Origin: Escherichia coli
Lineage (GTDB): Bacteria > Pseudomonadota > Gammaproteobacteria > Enterobacterales > Enterobacteriaceae
NCBI RefSeq assembly: GCF_036507355.1
Contig: NZ_AP027877.1
Strand: one strand, 5' to 3'
Length of the DNA stretch: 64,000 bases
Each line of letters starts with the position of its first letter. Positions within the stretch are counted from its first letter, which is position 1. Position numbers and translations under genes: made by a program. The notes beneath the pieces were generated by a model. That model was given only the letters and a program-made list of their open reading frames with translations, had not been told where the DNA came from and did not search any database. Shown one piece after another: positions 61,455-64,000 of the stretch.

Positions 61455-62159
61455 TTATTTTTTAGAGTAATCACGCGCACCAAAAATTGCAGTGCCGATA
61501 CGAACCATCGTGCTACCTGCCGCAATGGCGGCTTCCATATCGTCCGACATTCCCAGAGAGAGCGTGTCGATATGCGGGTAGCGCGTTTTCAGTCCGGCAA
61601 ATGCTACAGCCATTTGGCGTGCAACTTCAAACTGCCTTACATATTCTGACTCAGGCGCAGGGATTGCCATCAGCCCGCGCAGACGTAAACGCGGTAGTTC
61701 AGCGACCGCAGCTGCCAGCTCGTCCAGTTCTGCCAGTTGAATCCCGGACTTACTGTTTTCATCACTAATATTAATTTGAATCAGTACGTTAAGAGGGGGA
61801 AGTTCTGCCGGGCGCTGATCGTTGAGGCGGGTAGCAATGCGCAAACGGTCGATGGTATGACACCAGTCGAAATGCTCTGCCACCAGGCGGCTTTTATTAG
61901 ACTGCAACGGGCCAATAAAATGCCATTCTAATCCTGTTACGCCCAGTTCCTGAAAGTGGCGAATTTTATCTACCCCTTCCTGAACGTAGTTTTCACCAAA
62001 TTGACGCTGCCCGGCATCAATGGCTTCTGCGATGGCGCTCGCAGGTTTTGTTTTACTGACTGCAAGCAGCGTAATTTCTTCTGGAGAACGGCCGCAACGC
62101 GTTGCAGCCGCTGAGATTTTGTCCCGGACCTGTGCCAGGTTATGCGCAATATCGTTCAT
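61455..62159 (-). CDS. yggS: PLP homeostasis protein YggS (COG0325)
   Basis: 234 aa; TIM-barrel PLP-binding family motifs (LLAVSKTKP). Confidence 0.9.
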   Translation of the reverse strand: MNDIAHNLAQVRDKISAAATRCGRSPEEITLLAVSKTKPASAIAEAIDAGQRQFGENYVQEGVDKIRHFQELGVTGLEWHFIGPLQSNKSRLVAEHFDWCHTIDRLRIATRLNDQRPAELPPLNVLIQINISDENSKSGIQLAELDELAAAVAELPRLRLRGLMAIPAPESEYVRQFEVARQMAVAFAGLKTRYPHIDTLSLGMSDDMEAAIAAGSTMVRIGTAIFGARDYSKK

Positions 62160-62176
62160 TTTCCGAGGATCTTAGT

Positions 62177-63157
62177 ATGAATATGGAAGAAATTGTGGCC
62201 CTTAGTGTAAAGCATAACGTCTCGGATCTACACCTGTGCAGCGCCTGGCCCGCACGATGGCGCATTCGCGGGCTAATGGAAGCTGCACCGTTTGATGCGC
62301 CGGACGTCGAAGAGCTACTGCGGGAGTGGCTGGATGACGATCAGCGGGCAATATTGCTGGAGAATGGTCAGCTGGATTTTGCCGTGTCGCTGGCGGAAAA
62401 CCAGCGATTGCGCGGCAGTGCGTTCGCACAACGGCAAGGTATTTCTCTGGCGTTACGGTTGTTACCTTCGTGCTGCCCGCAGCTCGAACAGCTTGGCGCA
62501 CCACCGGTATTGCCGGAATTACTCAAGAGCGAGAATGGCCTGATTCTGGTGACGGGGGCGACGGGGAGTGGTAAATCCACCACGCTGGCGGCAATGGTTG
62601 GCTATCTCAATCAACATGCCGATGCGCATATTCTGACGCTGGAAGATCCTGTTGAATATCTCTATGCCAGCCAGCGATGTTTGATCCAGCAGCGGGAAAT
62701 CGGTTTGAATTGTATGACGTTCGCATCGGGATTGCGGGCTGCATTGCGGGAAGATCCTGATGTGATTTTGCTCGGAGAGCTGCGTGACAGCGAGACAATC
62801 CGTCTGGCGCTGACGGCGGCAGAAACCGGGCATTTGGTGCTGGCAACATTACATACGCGTGGTGCGGCGCAGGCAGTTGAGCGACTTGTGGATTCATTTC
62901 CGGCGCAGGAAAAAGACCCCGTGCGTAATCAACTGGCAGGTAGTTTACGGGCAGTGCTGTCACAAAAGCTGGAAGTGGATAAACAGGAAGGACGCGTGGC
63001 GCTATTTGAATTGCTGATTAACACACCCGCGGTGGGGAATTTGATTCGCGAAGGGAAAACCCACCAGTTACCGCATGTTATTCAAACCGGGCAGCAGGTG
63101 GGGATGATAACGTTTCAGCAGAGTTATCAGCAGCGGGTGGGGGAAGGGCGTTTGTGA
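62177..63157 (+). CDS. yggR: PilT-like type IV pilus retraction ATPase homolog YggR (start at MNMEEIVAL)
   Basis: Walker A GATGSGKST and PilT motifs; about 326 aa. Confidence 0.85.
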   Translation: MNMEEIVALSVKHNVSDLHLCSAWPARWRIRGLMEAAPFDAPDVEELLREWLDDDQRAILLENGQLDFAVSLAENQRLRGSAFAQRQGISLALRLLPSCCPQLEQLGAPPVLPELLKSENGLILVTGATGSGKSTTLAAMVGYLNQHADAHILTLEDPVEYLYASQRCLIQQREIGLNCMTFASGLRAALREDPDVILLGELRDSETIRLALTAAETGHLVLATLHTRGAAQAVERLVDSFPAQEKDPVRNQLAGSLRAVLSQKLEVDKQEGRVALFELLINTPAVGNLIREGKTHQLPHVIQTGQQVGMITFQQSYQQRVGEGRL

Positions 63158-63165
63158 CGTTGCCA

Positions 63166-63291
63166 TGCCCGATGTGCAAGCTTATCGGGCCTACAAAGGC
63201 AATAAACGTCTGATGCGACGCTTGCGCGTCTTATCAGACCTAAAATCGCTGCCACATGTAGGCCGGATAAGGCGTTCACGCCGCATCCGGC
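63166..63291. repeat. Cluster of three REP elements (BIME)
   Basis: tgcccgatgtgcaagcttatcgggcctac; cgtctgatgcgacgcttgcgcgtcttatcagacc; tgtaggccggataaggcgttcacgccgcatccggca. Confidence 0.6.
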
Positions 63292-63347
63292 AATAAGGAG
63301 TAAGGCGCGATGATATTATTTATACTCCAGCAGGCGTTTAAATCGCC

Positions 63348-63764
63348 TTAATATCCCTGCTCGAAATAGCTTTCGAGAATAATAACCGCAGAGGCAGAGT
63401 CGACTTTGCCTTTGTTGAGCGCCCGATAGCCGCCCTGTTCAAACAGACCGGAACGGGCTTCCACGGTGCTAAGACGTTCGTCATGGAGCTTTACTTCAAC
63501 ACCGAAACGACCATGAATACGGTTGGCAAATTTACGCGCTCTGGCAGTCAATGGTTGCTCGGTACCGTCCATATTCAGCGGCAAACCGACGATGATTTCG
63601 TCCGGCTGCCACTCTTTCAGTAAACGTTCGATGAGGTTCCAGTCCGGCGTACCGTCCTGTGCTTTAATTGCAGGCAAAGGGCGAGCGGTGCCGGTAATGC
63701 GTTGGCCGACCGCTACGCCAATGCTTTTGGTGCCGAAGTCGAAGGCGAGTAAGGTTCCACTCAT
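63348..63764 (-). CDS. ruvX: Holliday-junction-resolvase-like pre-16S rRNA nuclease RuvX/YqgF (start at [11 protein letters not shown])
   Basis: 138 aa; RNase-H-fold YqgF motifs. Confidence 0.9.
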
Positions 63765-64000
63765 CAGGCGTGTCCTGCCACACCAGGTATGGTGAGAATA
63801 TCCACACCAATCAGTTTTGCCGCCTCGCGCCAGCGGTCGGCAATCGGCGTTTTGAACAGAATATTCAGATCTGCCGGGGCGGTTAGCCACGCGTTATCGA
63901 GAATTTCTTGTTCCAGTTGACCTTTATCCCAGGAGGCATAGCCCAGAGCCACCAATACGTCAGACGGTTGTTTATCGGTGCCGAGCGTTTCCAGCACATC
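63764..64000 (-). CDS. yqgE: YqgE (UPF0301), 3' portion only; the start lies beyond the window
   Basis: C-terminal 77 codons; stop overlaps the ruvX start. Confidence 0.8.

Overview
This window is an Escherichia coli chromosomal segment, in reverse orientation relative to the K-12 map, carrying a roughly 20.8-kb horizontally acquired mosaic island (about 26114..46899) at the 3' end of tRNA-Phe (pheV). Left of the island is core genome: gss (5'-truncated by the window edge), pitB, the yghT/yghS/yghR paralogs, yghQ, a lipid-type biosynthesis and export cluster that I recall being deleted by IS5 in K-12, yghO, and the glycolate operon glcC / glcDEFGBA. Right of pheV is core again: yqgA (apparently frameshifted), speC, nupG, mltC, yggX, mutY, trmB, yggL, yggN, ansB, yggM, hemW, rdgB, yggU, yggT, yggS, yggR, ruvX and the start of yqgE. 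The island contains an IS3-family element that truncates a type IC hsdM remnant, a GmrSD-like (DUF262/DUF1524) gene with a WYL-type regulator upstream, several small uncharacterised genes, an IS2 fragment abutting a truncated integrase, a DUF927 primase-like gene and an intact P4-type integrase. The best candidate for an undescribed system is a compact, translationally coupled four-gene operon (40067..46063): an MBL-fold hydrolase, a trypsin-like serine protease fusion, a small Cys-containing protein, and a 1043-aa Rad50/SbcC-like ABC ATPase with a central CxxC hook. All identifications come from reading the sequence and the ORF translations and from recalled family motifs; no database search was possible, so family names for island genes are hypotheses.
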